From positions 9,708 through 73,707 of the IMG/VR virus record IMGVR_UViG_3300036795_000211: DNA of 64,000 nucleotides; one strand, 5' to 3'. A program made the position numbers and the translations under genes. Numbering within the stretch: the stretch's first letter is position 1; the number at the start of each line of letters is the position of its first letter. Below are positions 1 to 9,004 of the stretch, in pieces. The notes below the pieces were generated by a model. That model ran no database searches. It saw nothing but the letters and a program-made list of their open reading frames with translations, and was not told the DNA's origin. The stretch is from a virus.

Positions 1-2320
1 GGTTGTACGGGTGTCCGTGCCCTAGCGACTGCGGAATACCGTACGCCCCGGAGGACTGGTTAACGGCGTATGCGGACCAACCGGACTCCTGATTCCACAA
101 CGACAGGAGTGGCGGGAACTGCGAAGCACCCCAGCCGTAATTACCGAGAATCGACCGAGCATATGCCTGCGCGAGTGCGGCGGATGCCGAACGAGCCCCG
201 GTGTCCATAAAGCCACCGAACATCGACGGCGACAGCTGCGCATTCTTCTGCACGTACGCCGCAATAGCCTTCTGTGCCGCCGCGTTCCGCGCATTCAACT
301 GCCGAAGGAATGTCGGAACGGAGGGGTTGAACTGGTCCGCGTACTGCCAATCGCCGGTACCGCCGGCCAGTCCTCCGAGTACCTTCTTGGTCGGACCGGC
401 CGGCATCACGTGGGAGCCCTTCGGCAACCACGTGATCTCCGGACCCTCTTCACCGGTGAGGTAATAGCCGGACGCTCCGATTCCGCCTCCCCGCGCCCTA
501 CGTCCCTTAATCGGACGGGACGGGAACGACACACCGGCGGGAAGGTTCAACCCGAACGTCAGCGCGACCTTCTTGCCGTGAATTGCGTCCCAGTCGTGCT
601 GGATGTTCCGCGCCTTCTTTGCGATGTCCGCTTGGATCGCATCGGTCGTGGTCTTGATCGAGGCCTGTGCCTTTCGGAACGGCGCACCCAACGGACCCGG
701 GAGCTTCGCCATAATCCCGATGATCTTCGACACGAGCTTCAAGAAGGTCAGCTCGATTGCATCCGCCGTAAGGAAGGTGGCGTTCTTCCAGATGTCCAGC
801 GCCCGCGGAATCGTCTTCGTAAAGAAGTTGATCAGCGGTGCCGCGAAGTTGTTATAGATCGAGTGCCACGCTGAGATCCACGCTCGCTTAATCGCCGGCC
901 ACATGTTTATCAGCAGCGCGGACAAGGCGACAACGGCACCGACCACTGCCGCGATGATCAGCGGAACGCCCGCGAACGCTAGTGCTAGTGCGACGCCAAG
1001 TGCCGTAACCCCGAGGATGATTGCCAGCAGGGCGTTCGGCGACAGGTGCGCAAGGAACTTCGCGATCGCTGCGGTGATCACTAGCATTACGGCGCCGAGC
1101 GGTGCTAGTGCGATACCGAGGTTAACGAAGATGCGCAGGATGCTAAGCAGCAGCGATCCGAGAACCGGTCCGTTTGCCACAACGTATGCGATGAACGCAT
1201 TGAAGCCGGCGGAACCCGACAGTCCACTGGCCCAGTTCGCAAACTCCCGGGCCAGCGATACGATTCCGGGTAGGACAATCTGCGCCAACGGAATGAACGC
1301 GAGCAGGATCTGACCGAGTGCGTTAGCTAGCTGTACGCCAGCAAGACCGAATTCCTTGAGCGCGAACGCTCCGAACTTGCCCATCTCCTGCAGGAAGTCG
1401 TGGAACGCGGGGGAGGTAGCAACGATCTCGAACTCATCGCCGAGAGCCTTGAAGGCACCGAGCGCTGGTTTGACGATCAGCGGTAGTAGACCCAGTACCG
1501 TCTTTACGACCTGGAACCACGGCTGAAGAGCGTTCGATACCGGCCTTGCGAATTCGTTCTGCAGCTTATGCCAGAGTGCGACGACCTGCAGCAGCTCTTG
1601 GAACAAGCCCTTCTGCGTACCGGTGAGGTTCCTCGTCGCGTCCGCTTCAGCACGCAGTGCGGCCGTTCGTTGGGTCCCGGTCGTTGCAGCCTTGAGCTTC
1701 GCCTGTGCCGCCGTCAAGGCCTGGTAGTCCTTGATCAGCTTCGAGACGACCGGACCAACGGCAATCGCAATACCGCCGACAGCAAGTCCAGCGCCGGCCA
1801 ACGACGCGGTAAGTGCACCGGCAAGACCGATAACCGGAGTTAGTGCGGCAACGATCAACGGGGCTAGACCGATAATTGCGGAGACAAGACCCGACCAAAC
1901 GACGTTACCTTGCGAGATGTTGTTCGACATCCCGCTGAACGCACCACCGAGACCGCCGATAGCCGAGAGCAGACCGCCGAAACCGCCTCCGCCGCCGAAA
2001 ATCCCGCCGATGTTAAGCCGCTTCTTGTTCAGCGAGTCAACTTCGTGCTTCGTAATCTCGATCTCAGCGTCGGCTTCGGCAAACCCCTGCGCATCGACCT
2101 TGAGCTTTATCGCCTTCTGGAGGTTCTCGCGAAGAGCGTCGTACATCGCGGTAGTCGATACCGCTTCTTCCTTCGGCTGCGCAGCGTCGACCTTTAGCTC
2201 GGCCTCAAAGGTCTTACCGTCGAAGTCCGCGCCCTCTTGCTTCGCCTTTGCAACATCTCGTTCGAACTGATCACGATTGAGCTTAAGCGTCGCTTCGATC
2301 GAGCCGGCATCGAACGTCAC
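1..2320 (-). CDS. Tape measure protein (partial, runs off left edge) with lytic transglycosylase domain
   Basis: Absent from the ORF track, apparently because no stop lies in the window (I translated both ends, not every codon). GTG at 2320 overlaps the chaperone stop (GTGA); starts MTFDAGSIEATLKLNRDQF. Ala/Gly/Leu-rich helical body. Near position 1-150 it reads LWNQESGWSAYAVNQSSGAYGIPQ (SLT-like motif). Position follows the tail chaperones. Confidence 0.9.
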   Translation of the reverse strand, partial: MTFDAGSIEATLKLNRDQFERDVAKAKQEGADFDGKTFEAELKVDAAQPKEEAVSTTAMYDALRENLQKAIKLKVDAQGFAEADAEIEITKHEVDSLNKKRLNIGGIFGGGGGFGGLLSAIGGLGGAFSGMSNNISQGNVVWSGLVSAIIGLAPLIVAALTPVIGLAGALTASLAGAGLAVGGIAIAVGPVVSKLIKDYQALTAAQAKLKAATTGTQRTAALRAEADATRNLTGTQKGLFQELLQVVALWHKLQNEFARPVSNALQPWFQVVKTVLGLLPLIVKPALGAFKALGDEFEIVATSPAFHDFLQEMGKFGAFALKEFGLAGVQLANALGQILLAFIPLAQIVLPGIVSLAREFANWASGLSGSAGFNAFIAYVVANGPVLGSLLLSILRIFVNLGIALAPLGAVMLVITAAIAKFLAHLSPNALLAIILGVTALGVALALAFAGVPLIIAAVVGAVVALSALLINMWPAIKRAWISAWHSIYNNFAAPLINFFTKTIPRALDIWKNATFLTADAIELTFLKLVSKIIGIMAKLPGPLGAPFRKAQASIKTTTDAIQADIAKKARNIQHDWDAIHGKKVALTFGLNLPAGVSFPSRPIKGRRARGGGIGASGYYLTGEEGPEITWLPKGSHVMPAGPTKKVLGGLAGGTGDWQYADQFNPSVPTFLRQLNARNAAAQKAIAAYVQKNAQLSPSMFGGFMDTGARSASAALAQAYARSILGNYGWGASQFPPLLSLWNQESGWSAYAVNQSSGAYGIPQSLGHGHPYN

Positions 2321-2619
2321 TGCCAGTCCGCCTTTCCTTCGACCGCGCGGACCCGGACTCCGATGCCCTGCAGCGCCTGGTCCTTCTCCGTCTTAGCCGA
2401 ACGTTCAGGTGTCTGCGGTACCGATCCGGGCTCGTTCCCGACCTTCCCCTCTTCGCGAAGGCCTTCGATTAGCGAATACTGCTCCCACCATTCGAGCTGT
2501 TCCCATTCGTCCCACGACATCATGAACTTGACGCGGACAACGTAGTAGGTTAGGCGCGCATCCCGATACCCGGTATCCCGTTCAACTGAGGCATCGAAAC
2601 GGCGCCACCGACTTCCGGG
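2317..2619 (-). CDS. Tail assembly chaperone, -1 frameshift extension (gpGT-like)
   Basis: ORF in the -1 frame overlapping the chaperone 3' end and ending at the tape measure start; no obvious RBS of its own. Confidence 0.7.
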   Translation of the reverse strand, partial: PGSRWRRFDASVERDTGYRDARLTYYVVRVKFMMSWDEWEQLEWWEQYSLIEGLREEGKVGNEPGSVPQTPERSAKTEKDQALQGIGVRVRAVEGKADWQ

Positions 2620-2987
2620 CGCAGCTCCTTCATCAGCCACGCATAGAAGAGCATGCGGCCACGCATCGGCAACTTGTTGAGCTGAATCGTTGTCGGCTGA
2701 CCCTGACAGAGCTTTGCGAAGGCCTTTGTGTAACCGTTGATCATCTGTCCGAGGCCGACGCTCTCCTCCATGTTCGACAGTACCTTCATGATCGTCGCCG
2801 GGTCAGCATCTTCCGACAAGTCCGTCAAGCCGGACTTCGCTAGGAGCTCCTTCGATACCTTTGCGAGGTCTCGGAAGAGGGCCTCCATCGCCTTGTCCGA
2901 CGGCTCCGGAACGACCCCCTTTCCGCCTCCGTACTTCTCGAAGTTCCAGTCGAGTTCCTTGAGTACGGCGCCTGCATCGAATCCCAC
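2550..2987 (-). CDS. Tail assembly chaperone (gpG-like)
   Basis: Lies between major tail protein and tape measure; overlapping -1 ORF; GGAGG RBS. Confidence 0.75.
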   Translation of the reverse strand: MGFDAGAVLKELDWNFEKYGGGKGVVPEPSDKAMEALFRDLAKVSKELLAKSGLTDLSEDADPATIMKVLSNMEESVGLGQMINGYTKAFAKLCQGQPTTIQLNKLPMRGRMLFYAWLMKELRPEVGGAVSMPQLNGIPGIGMRA

Positions 2988-3021
2988 AGCTGCCTCCTAG
3001 CCGCTGGTTGGGTCGACCCGC

Positions 3022-3621
3022 TTACAGCGCGGTCGAGATGATGTCGATGACCTGGCAGTTAGACAGGTCGGTCAACGAGTTCAGCGTGATCGGGTACATC
3101 CGCTTGTCCGCCGCACGGCGGAAGTTCGTCTGCACCTGTCCCGCCGAGTTGATCTTCGGGATGTAGAAGACGCGGGGGAACCCGAGGTCGTTCTTCGCCA
3201 GGATCGCACAGGCGAGCGAAGCGAAGTTCGAACTCAAGGTAAGCGTCTTCTTACCGGGAACGCCGGTACCCTGCGATTGCGTGGCGATCGATCCACCGCC
3301 GCCGTACGCGAGGTTGATGTTGTTCAGCGTCTCTTCGGCCATCGAGGTCGAGATCTGGAAGGTCGCCGTTTGCACCAGCGAGGCCACCGGGATCGGCGTC
3401 TCCTCGATCTGGATGTCGTTCATGTTCGGCGAGAACTGGACCTGGACGCCCTGATCGGTACCGCCGGTATACGTCCAGCCAGTCCACTTGGAGAAGTCAC
3501 CGAGATCGACGTCCGCCGGGAGCGCCGTACCGAACGGTGACGTCCACAGGTAACCGTTACCGAATAGCACCTCCTGCGTGTTGTACGCGGGAGGCAGGAA
3601 CTCAGTACCCAAGTTCGGCAT
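3022..3621 (-). CDS. Major tail (tube) protein
   Basis: 199 aa; W.YTGGTDQGVQVQFSP..DIQIEE pattern typical of siphovirus tube proteins; synteny. Confidence 0.85.
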   Translation of the reverse strand: MPNLGTEFLPPAYNTQEVLFGNGYLWTSPFGTALPADVDLGDFSKWTGWTYTGGTDQGVQVQFSPNMNDIQIEETPIPVASLVQTATFQISTSMAEETLNNINLAYGGGGSIATQSQGTGVPGKKTLTLSSNFASLACAILAKNDLGFPRVFYIPKINSAGQVQTNFRRAADKRMYPITLNSLTDLSNCQVIDIISTAL

Positions 3622-3645
3622 TGCGGGTCACTCCTTTCCGTGTAG

Positions 3646-4023
3646 TTAGACGCCGGGAACCGGTGTCACGTTGATTAGACCGACCGAAATGGTCGAAGCA
3701 CCGGCGAAGTCGATGTACATGTTCCCATCGGCCTGCTTGTGATTCTTTGCGTTGTACGGACCGAGGACGTACGTCTTACCGGTCGGTACCGTCGCCAACG
3801 GCATCTGCGCCGCTGCCGGAACAGCCCCCTCCGGTTCGACCAGCGGACTGACGTTCCTCGTAAGGGTCAGCGTGCTACCCGACGTGTTCGTCACGACCAG
3901 CAGCATGTAGCCGTTGTTCGCGAACTGCACACCGGTAAAGCCGGTCGTAACGGTGAGTGCCGCGGTCGTGACGTCGACCCCTGCCGGACTTGCTGCGGCC
4001 GGGTTAAGCGCTAGCCTCGCCAC
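3646..4023 (-). CDS. Virion-associated beta-rich protein
   Basis: Within the head-tail module; beta-strand-rich; coupled to neighbours. Confidence 0.55.
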   Translation of the reverse strand: MARLALNPAAASPAGVDVTTAALTVTTGFTGVQFANNGYMLLVVTNTSGSTLTLTRNVSPLVEPEGAVPAAAQMPLATVPTGKTYVLGPYNAKNHKQADGNMYIDFAGASTISVGLINVTPVPGV

Positions 4024-4381
4024 CGGCTTCCTCCTCGCTCTTGTCGGTGAGCGTCACGCCCTGCGACACGGCCGCGTCACGCAAGAGTGCGGCCTGCTGC
4101 GGACTAAACGCACGGTACTCATCGGTGACCTCGGCCCCGATGATCTCGAGACCGGAGTGCGGTGAAGCCACCTTCAGCCACACGGAATCCGACTTCGGAT
4201 CCTTTTCCGCTTCATCCGGAATCGGCTGTCCGGCCGGAACGACCCCGGGAGGGTATTCCTCTGCGGGTGCCGCCCCCGCAGCTTCCGCCGGAGGCTCCGA
4301 GTCGGCATCGGAAACGGTAACCGCGGGGGCGGCAGCTTCGGTCTTCTGCGGTTCTTCGTCGTCAGCCCATGTGGAGCTCAT
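4004..4381 (-). CDS. Hypothetical acidic protein
   Basis: Overlapping start/stop with neighbours in the virion operon. Confidence 0.55.
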   Translation of the reverse strand: MSSTWADDEEPQKTEAAAPAVTVSDADSEPPAEAAGAAPAEEYPPGVVPAGQPIPDEAEKDPKSDSVWLKVASPHSGLEIIGAEVTDEYRAFSPQQAALLRDAAVSQGVTLTDKSEEEAGGEASA

Positions 4382-4770
4382 ACTCCGACCACCAATCGAT
4401 AGTTGCTTACGTACTCGAGTCGATCGCCGTCATCCGGTGGTCCCAGCGGGGTAGGCGCACTTCCGAATCGGTCGATCAATCGGATACGCGTGGTACCGAT
4501 TGTCATCGGCACGGGAGCGGCAAGCAACATCGCATCGTATGCCGTCGCCGTATTCTCGGGCCAGTCCTGTTCGTTGGCGTCCCCGCGTACCCGCATCTGG
4601 AAGTTCTGGTCGTCGAGAATCCCCTCCGTGGTAAGCCCGGCGCCTCCCGCGAACGTGAACGTGATCATCCGTCCCGGCATCTCGGGGATGAACGGACCCC
4701 GATTGATCAGTGTCTTGTCGGCACCGAGCTGCAGCAGGAAGCCGTTGAAGTCGGCCCAGATCCACGCCAT
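4378..4770 (-). CDS. Tail terminator / minor capsid-like protein
   Basis: Start moved to MAWIW (ATG overlaps upstream stop); GPFIPEMPGR..FQMRVRG..DDGDRLEYVSNY pattern; synteny. Confidence 0.7.
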   Translation of the reverse strand: MAWIWADFNGFLLQLGADKTLINRGPFIPEMPGRMITFTFAGGAGLTTEGILDDQNFQMRVRGDANEQDWPENTATAYDAMLLAAPVPMTIGTTRIRLIDRFGSAPTPLGPPDDGDRLEYVSNYRLVVGV

Positions 4771-5279
4771 TACGCACCGCCGTGATAGTTCGGCGGGTGA
4801 ATGTGTCCCTCGACGTGCCACCAGATGTAACCGAGTAGTGGACCGGGAAGCGGAATCCGCCGCGCTTTGTCCCGCAGTTCCTGCTCGGTCAAACGGCGGG
4901 CCGCGGGAGGACGATTAAAGATAAGCTTTCCGCTGCTCGTTACGCTCGGGTGTCCCGATCGTCGAAGGTCGCCCCACAACACCGGGGCATGCGTTTCCAC
5001 GCCACCTTCTCCGGCGAGGTCCTCCATCGCGTCTTCCATCCCCCGTGCACCACCGTCCTCAAGGACAGTTTCGGCGATCCCGGTGAGGTACCGATCGCGA
5101 TTGTCTAGGAGCGGTTGGCTCAGATATTTGGCCTGTCCGCCCCTGGGGTGCTTCAGGTCCAGCCCTTCGTGCTGGTACTTCGCGTAGATCTGATCCACGA
5201 CCACTTGTCCGGTAAGCGGACCGCCTTCGTCTACGATTTTCGACAGGTCGTCCATTCGCTTACCGAAGGTCCCGGCCAT
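4770..5279 (-). CDS. Neck / head-tail joining protein
   Basis: YAKYQHEGLDLKHPRGGQAKYL and APVLWGDLRRSG motifs resemble HK97 gp10-like neck proteins. Confidence 0.65.
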   Translation of the reverse strand: MAGTFGKRMDDLSKIVDEGGPLTGQVVVDQIYAKYQHEGLDLKHPRGGQAKYLSQPLLDNRDRYLTGIAETVLEDGGARGMEDAMEDLAGEGGVETHAPVLWGDLRRSGHPSVTSSGKLIFNRPPAARRLTEQELRDKARRIPLPGPLLGYIWWHVEGHIHPPNYHGGA

Positions 5280-5782
5280 CAGAAGCCCTCGTGGAGTGCA
5301 GGATCGTTCTCCAGCGATACGCCGTCAACGCCGAAGGGCGGCCGGAGCCCGAGACCGAAGTCGCTACCGGTAAACGCCGTGGCACCGTATAGCAACGGAT
5401 TGATCACCTTCGACCGTGTTTCCACGGGAACCGGATCAGTGTCGACTCCCGGAGGTACGACCTGAATCTCCCCGGCCCGGATACCCTTCAGCGTTGCTTG
5501 GGCGTCCTGGTACAGCAAGTAGACCGGATCGAACTGCGAAAGGTCCTTGCCCTTTCGGTATGCGAGGGTAGCGTAGTACGCTCCCAGCGCGATAACGAGT
5601 CCCTTAACGATCGGGGTTACGTTCGAGTCCTCGAACGGCTGACCCGTGGACCCATCGACCAGACCCTGCGCACGAGTTATGTGCTGCGACATCTGATCGT
5701 CCGTGAACGTAGCCGCGGTACCGGCGAAGTTGCCGTCCGGGGCCAGCGTTTCACGGATATCGGCTGGGAGCGCGTACGTCAC
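5279..5782 (-). CDS. Head-to-tail adaptor (Mu gp36-like)
   Basis: MTYA..DIR, I..AQGLVDG, YQDAQATLKGIRAG pattern; downstream of capsid. Confidence 0.75.
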   Translation of the reverse strand: MTYALPADIRETLAPDGNFAGTAATFTDDQMSQHITRAQGLVDGSTGQPFEDSNVTPIVKGLVIALGAYYATLAYRKGKDLSQFDPVYLLYQDAQATLKGIRAGEIQVVPPGVDTDPVPVETRSKVINPLLYGATAFTGSDFGLGLRPPFGVDGVSLENDPALHEGF

Positions 5783-5973
5783 TTCTGGTCGCTCCCCTTC
5801 GGGGCCTCAGCGGCTGAGTCCTTCTTCGTGGACTCATCGGCCTCGCGCTCTTCACGCGCGGCCGCCGCCACCGGGGCATCCGGGTCCGGCAACTTCTTCG
5901 TGCCGGCATCGGTACCGGCAGAAGCGGCCGTGGGGACGGCGTCCTTCGGGTCGTACTCGCCTTCCTTGGTCAC
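5779..5973 (-). CDS. Small hypothetical protein
   Basis: GGAGG RBS, coupled overlaps. Confidence 0.5.
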   Translation of the reverse strand: MTKEGEYDPKDAVPTAASAGTDAGTKKLPDPDAPVAAAAREEREADESTKKDSAAEAPKGSDQK

Positions 5974-6200
5974 GACTCCTCCTCCGGTTCCTCACCGAAC
6001 AGCGGTGCCTTGGCCGCGGACCGGAACGTTGCCGCCTCTTCCTTTGACGGCTTACGAACGGTACCCCGATCGCGCAGCTCCGTGGCGACGGATCGCGGGA
6101 GCTCCACGACCGTGTCGGCCCGAAGCAGCTGGCCCTGATGCGAACTGTTCCGCACCATATAGGCCTTGACCATCGGGTCCTTCTCGGCGGTGTCCGCCAT
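5970..6200 (-). CDS. Small hypothetical protein after major capsid
   Basis: AAGGAGG RBS; typical post-capsid small ORF. Confidence 0.6.
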   Translation of the reverse strand: MADTAEKDPMVKAYMVRNSSHQGQLLRADTVVELPRSVATELRDRGTVRKPSKEEAATFRSAAKAPLFGEEPEEES

Positions 6201-6238
6201 TGTTCCTCCTTTCCCGAACTACTGCTGGCGTTCCGGGA

Positions 6239-7237
6239 TCAGCCGGTCGTCAGTGCGGTGCCACCGGCAGGCGGCTGGGCCGTGGTAACGCCGGTCAGCA
6301 TGCAGACGGCCTGCGGCTGGTCGACACCCAGCGCCGATGCCCGCTGCACGTCGGAACGCCACGTCTTGCGCGGCTCATCCCGGTACAGCGGCGAGGCCAT
6401 CAGCGGGATCTCATCGGAATAGAACCCGAGGCGACCTCGCTGCACGACGAACGCCGTACCTGCCGGGCACTGTCGGGAGACCAGAACGTCGAGGTTCATG
6501 ATCTTGTTCGGCAGCAACCCGGTGTAGTAGATAGAATCGGTGGCCGCGTCGCCGATGTACGGCTTGGCGAAGTCCACCGACTTGAACAGGGCCAGCTTGG
6601 CCGTGTGGTCGATGATCAGGGTGTCCGGCTCGAAGCCGAAGAAGTTCTGACCCTGAGCGTCGTACGCGGCGTTCTCGACCAGCCAGATCGCATCGGCGAG
6701 GTGCGCCCGGATGATCCCCGAGTTCGCCGTTGACGTGCCGCCCTGCGCGATGGTGCCGTCCCACGCGTCCGCCGCCGTGATCGAGTACTGCGACCCGGAA
6801 GGGATCTGCGAAACGAGCAGGTTGAAGAACGCCGTGTTCCAGTTCTTCACCATCGTGTTCTTGACCTGCGTGAGCTGCCGGTTCACCGGGTCCACGATCT
6901 GCCGGCGCCGCATGGCATCGGAGACCTGGATTGCCAGTGCACGCTCATAGCTGTACGCCACGAGCAGTTCCCCGACGGCCCCGGTCGTGGCGGGCACTTC
7001 GGCGAACTCAGCGCGGATGTCCGAGTCGTTCTGAGCGAACAGCGGCGTGGACCGTTCGTAACGGACCGCACCGGACTCGTTCATGCCGGCATTCCGGAGC
7101 ACGGACTCGATGATGAACTCGTTCGACATCAGGTCGAGTATGAGTGCCGGAATGCGCATCGGGTCCTTGAGATAGTCGTCGACGGTAATGCGCTGGCCGT
7201 CGAACGAGCTAGCAATCGGGAACGTCTGCGTAACCAC
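6239..7237 (-). CDS. Major capsid protein
   Basis: 332 aa; strong RBS; high GC3; PDTLII and terminal GVDQPQAVCMLTG motifs; synteny after protease and decoration genes. Confidence 0.9.
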   Translation of the reverse strand: MVTQTFPIASSFDGQRITVDDYLKDPMRIPALILDLMSNEFIIESVLRNAGMNESGAVRYERSTPLFAQNDSDIRAEFAEVPATTGAVGELLVAYSYERALAIQVSDAMRRRQIVDPVNRQLTQVKNTMVKNWNTAFFNLLVSQIPSGSQYSITAADAWDGTIAQGGTSTANSGIIRAHLADAIWLVENAAYDAQGQNFFGFEPDTLIIDHTAKLALFKSVDFAKPYIGDAATDSIYYTGLLPNKIMNLDVLVSRQCPAGTAFVVQRGRLGFYSDEIPLMASPLYRDEPRKTWRSDVQRASALGVDQPQAVCMLTGVTTAQPPAGGTALTTG

Positions 7238-7275
7238 CCGGTTCCTCCTTTCCCTTCGTTGTTATCGAGTGGCGG

Positions 7276-7698
7276 TCAGAGCAGCGGACCGATTCGGGCC
7301 CGAGCCACCGTTGCTGCGCCGGCCACACCGAGAGGTTCGGTGCATCGGCCGACGACCGTGCCGAACACGTTCGCAGCGATCGTCTGGACCTGGCCAGTGG
7401 CATCTGCCGCCAGCAAGGCACCGAACGCCGTTGCGGTGTTGTACGTGACCCGGAGGTCGATCCCGTAGCCGACGGCCACGTAGTCCGGGTTCTGAGCGAT
7501 GTTCGCCGGGTTCTGGGCGTCCTGACTCGTCCGGACCCCCGCGTCATGCAGGGCAACGCCCACGCACGTTGCGGCGAGTGCGGTGCAGGTCTTAACCGCA
7601 CCACCGGTATCCGGCATCACCAGCTGGCTGCCCAGCACGGTCGAGATGACCTGATACGTGGTCGGACCCTGACGGACGTAAGGCACGAGGCCTGGCAT
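7276..7698 (-). CDS. Capsid decoration/cement protein
   Basis: 140 aa, Ala/Gly/Val-rich, VGVALHDA and GALLAADATG motifs; between scaffold and capsid. Confidence 0.7.
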   Translation of the reverse strand: MPGLVPYVRQGPTTYQVISTVLGSQLVMPDTGGAVKTCTALAATCVGVALHDAGVRTSQDAQNPANIAQNPDYVAVGYGIDLRVTYNTATAFGALLAADATGQVQTIAANVFGTVVGRCTEPLGVAGAATVARARIGPLL

Positions 7699-7756
7699 CG
7701 GCTACGGCCCTCCTTCCTTTCTGTTCTCGATGATCGCGGGAGTGGGAGCTTGCCCC

Positions 7757-9004
7757 TTACAGGGCGAACGCCGACCGCGCCGCCTTCACGAAGTCGCGCG
7801 TTTCCTGGACTTCCTGCTCGCGCTCCTCCCGCTCTTCGTCCGGCTCGAGGCCGTTCCCGATGACGCCGCTCAGGTCGAGCAGCTTGATCTGCTTGCCGAT
7901 CTCGGTCAGCACGGTTCGCATGACCTGGCCGGCATCGATCTCGTCCCCGCCGGACAGTTCGACCACGTGGCCGGACCCTTCCAGCAGTGGCCGCGCCAGG
8001 TCCACGATCGCCGGGGGGATGCCCAGCGCGTTGGCGAACTGCGTCCGTTCGTTCTGGAACGCCTGCTCGTCGAGACCGGCCTGTACCGCGTCGAGGTGCT
8101 CACCCTGCTGCACGATCAGCGCGTTCGCGTTGGCCAGTTCCAGTGCCTGCCGACGTTGCGAAGCCGAAACGGTCGCAGGAACCCGATCGGTCGGGGCCAC
8201 TTCGTCCTCCTCCTCTTCGTCCTCATCGTCGTCGGTGTCCTCGTCCTCGACCATGTCGGCTTCGGCCTGCGCGATCAGCGCGTCGAGGTCCTCGTCGCTC
8301 AGCTCCGATTCGTCGTCGCTCTCACCGTCATCGTCGTCCTCGGTGAGTTCGTCGACAAGGCCTTCCAGGTCGTCATCCGACGCGTTGCGGGCCTTCTTCA
8401 GCAGCTCGAGGAGCTGACCCTTGTCTTCCAGCGTGAACGCCACCTTGTCTCCTCCTTCCCTTTCTCCGAACGTTGCATCGGAGAGGTCGAGAACTTCGAC
8501 CGTTCCGAGCTCGTTGCTCAGCGCGACGGGCACTTCGACTTCCTGCCACGTTCGCATTCCCGCGATGTGCGGGTCGAGCGTTCCCAGCACGTGCTGTAGT
8601 GCGGCCTTCCAGTGCTTTCCATCGGAACGCTCGTAGTCCTCATAGATCCTTGCGGAGACCCCGAGTTCGGGGTTGTCTCGCAGGAGTTCATCTCCCTTCC
8701 TCGTGGCCTCCAAGATCAGATCGAGACCGTCATTCGTCATCTCGACGCCGACGATCTTTCCCCGGGTCCGTTCCGGGTCGTTGTTGTGCTTGTTGTTCCC
8801 GTCGGCCAGCTGGAACGGTACCTGACCGAACGCCTTGTCCTTGAACGAACGGACGAGGTTCTGAAGGTAGTCCTTGTCGAACTTGAGCTGCTGCCCCTTG
8901 TAGGTGATCTCGCCGAGCGGCAGCAGCTGCGTACGCCACATCCGGCGACCAAGCGATACGGTACGCCGTTTGGAGCGCGGGGTGAGGAGTCCGTTTACCG
9001 TCAT
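7757..9004 (-). CDS. Capsid maturation protease fused to scaffold (Mu I-like)
   Basis: QLLPLGEITYKG..VPFQL..H..P..G.I..GL..GVSARI..L.HVLGTLDPHIAGM N-domain, then an acidic linker and helical scaffold. Confidence 0.8.
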   Translation of the reverse strand: MTVNGLLTPRSKRRTVSLGRRMWRTQLLPLGEITYKGQQLKFDKDYLQNLVRSFKDKAFGQVPFQLADGNNKHNNDPERTRGKIVGVEMTNDGLDLILEATRKGDELLRDNPELGVSARIYEDYERSDGKHWKAALQHVLGTLDPHIAGMRTWQEVEVPVALSNELGTVEVLDLSDATFGEREGGDKVAFTLEDKGQLLELLKKARNASDDDLEGLVDELTEDDDDGESDDESELSDEDLDALIAQAEADMVEDEDTDDDEDEEEEDEVAPTDRVPATVSASQRRQALELANANALIVQQGEHLDAVQAGLDEQAFQNERTQFANALGIPPAIVDLARPLLEGSGHVVELSGGDEIDAGQVMRTVLTEIGKQIKLLDLSGVIGNGLEPDEEREEREQEVQETRDFVKAARSAFAL

